Shown piece by piece: positions 63,883-64,000 of a DNA stretch of 64,000 nucleotides. The position numbers and the translations under genes are program-made. The stretch covers positions 3,720,001 through 3,784,000 of the forward strand of contig OZ176050.1 in assembly GCA_964247055.1 (NCBI GenBank), given 5' to 3'. Position 1 is the stretch's first letter, and every line of letters begins with the position of its first letter. The notes below the pieces were generated by a model that saw nothing but the letters and a program-made list of their open reading frames with translations, ran no database searches and was not told where the DNA came from. The stretch is from Paragordius varius (Eukaryota; Animalia; Nematomorpha).

Positions 63883-64000
63883 GTTTATTTCCATTAATAC
63901 ATATAATTGTTTGTTTGCCCGATAAATATGTTATCTTATAGAATTTATGGTTTAAAATCATTTTACCACATTTCAAATAAATGCACTTTAAATAGATTAT

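Noticed and set aside
1-64000. tRNA, rRNA or snRNA genes
   Set aside because: No cloverleaf with a T-loop GTTCRA plus acceptor stem, nor any rRNA-like GC-rich block, recognised by eye. tRNAscan-SE/Infernal would be needed to exclude snoRNAs.

Overview
AT-rich, intron-containing animal (invertebrate) genomic DNA; the species cannot be identified from this window. I assembled these genes exon by exon by hand: a divergent rhodopsin-like GPCR, UBLCP1, a 55-aa TOM6-like sORF missed by the ORF track, two paralogous secreted prepro-peptide genes (one Gly/His/Tyr-rich, one Gly/Arg-rich), a TIR-less Toll-like LRR transmembrane protein, an EGF-repeat pseudo-protease, PPP6C, SPDEF/Ets98B, an expanded EFL1 and the 5' part of MTHFD1. 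The first 17 kb is mostly mobile DNA: a full-length dead RTE LINE with a 17-bp TSD, a hAT-Blackjack-like element with an 8-bp TSD and an internal inverted copy of its own transposase, piggyBac-like and Tc1-like MITEs, and ~1.1-kb foldback palindromes. The most notable observations are: (1) the furin-processed acidic-pro/cationic-peptide gene pair beside the TIR-less LRR receptor and the pseudo-protease; (2) ten 23-31-nt spliceosomal introns, of which every 3n one carries an in-frame stop; (3) gene pairs whose start or stop codons lie only 15-44 bp apart despite a transposon-rich genome. All homology calls come from motif recognition, not database searches. Repeat boundaries without a TSD are approximate.
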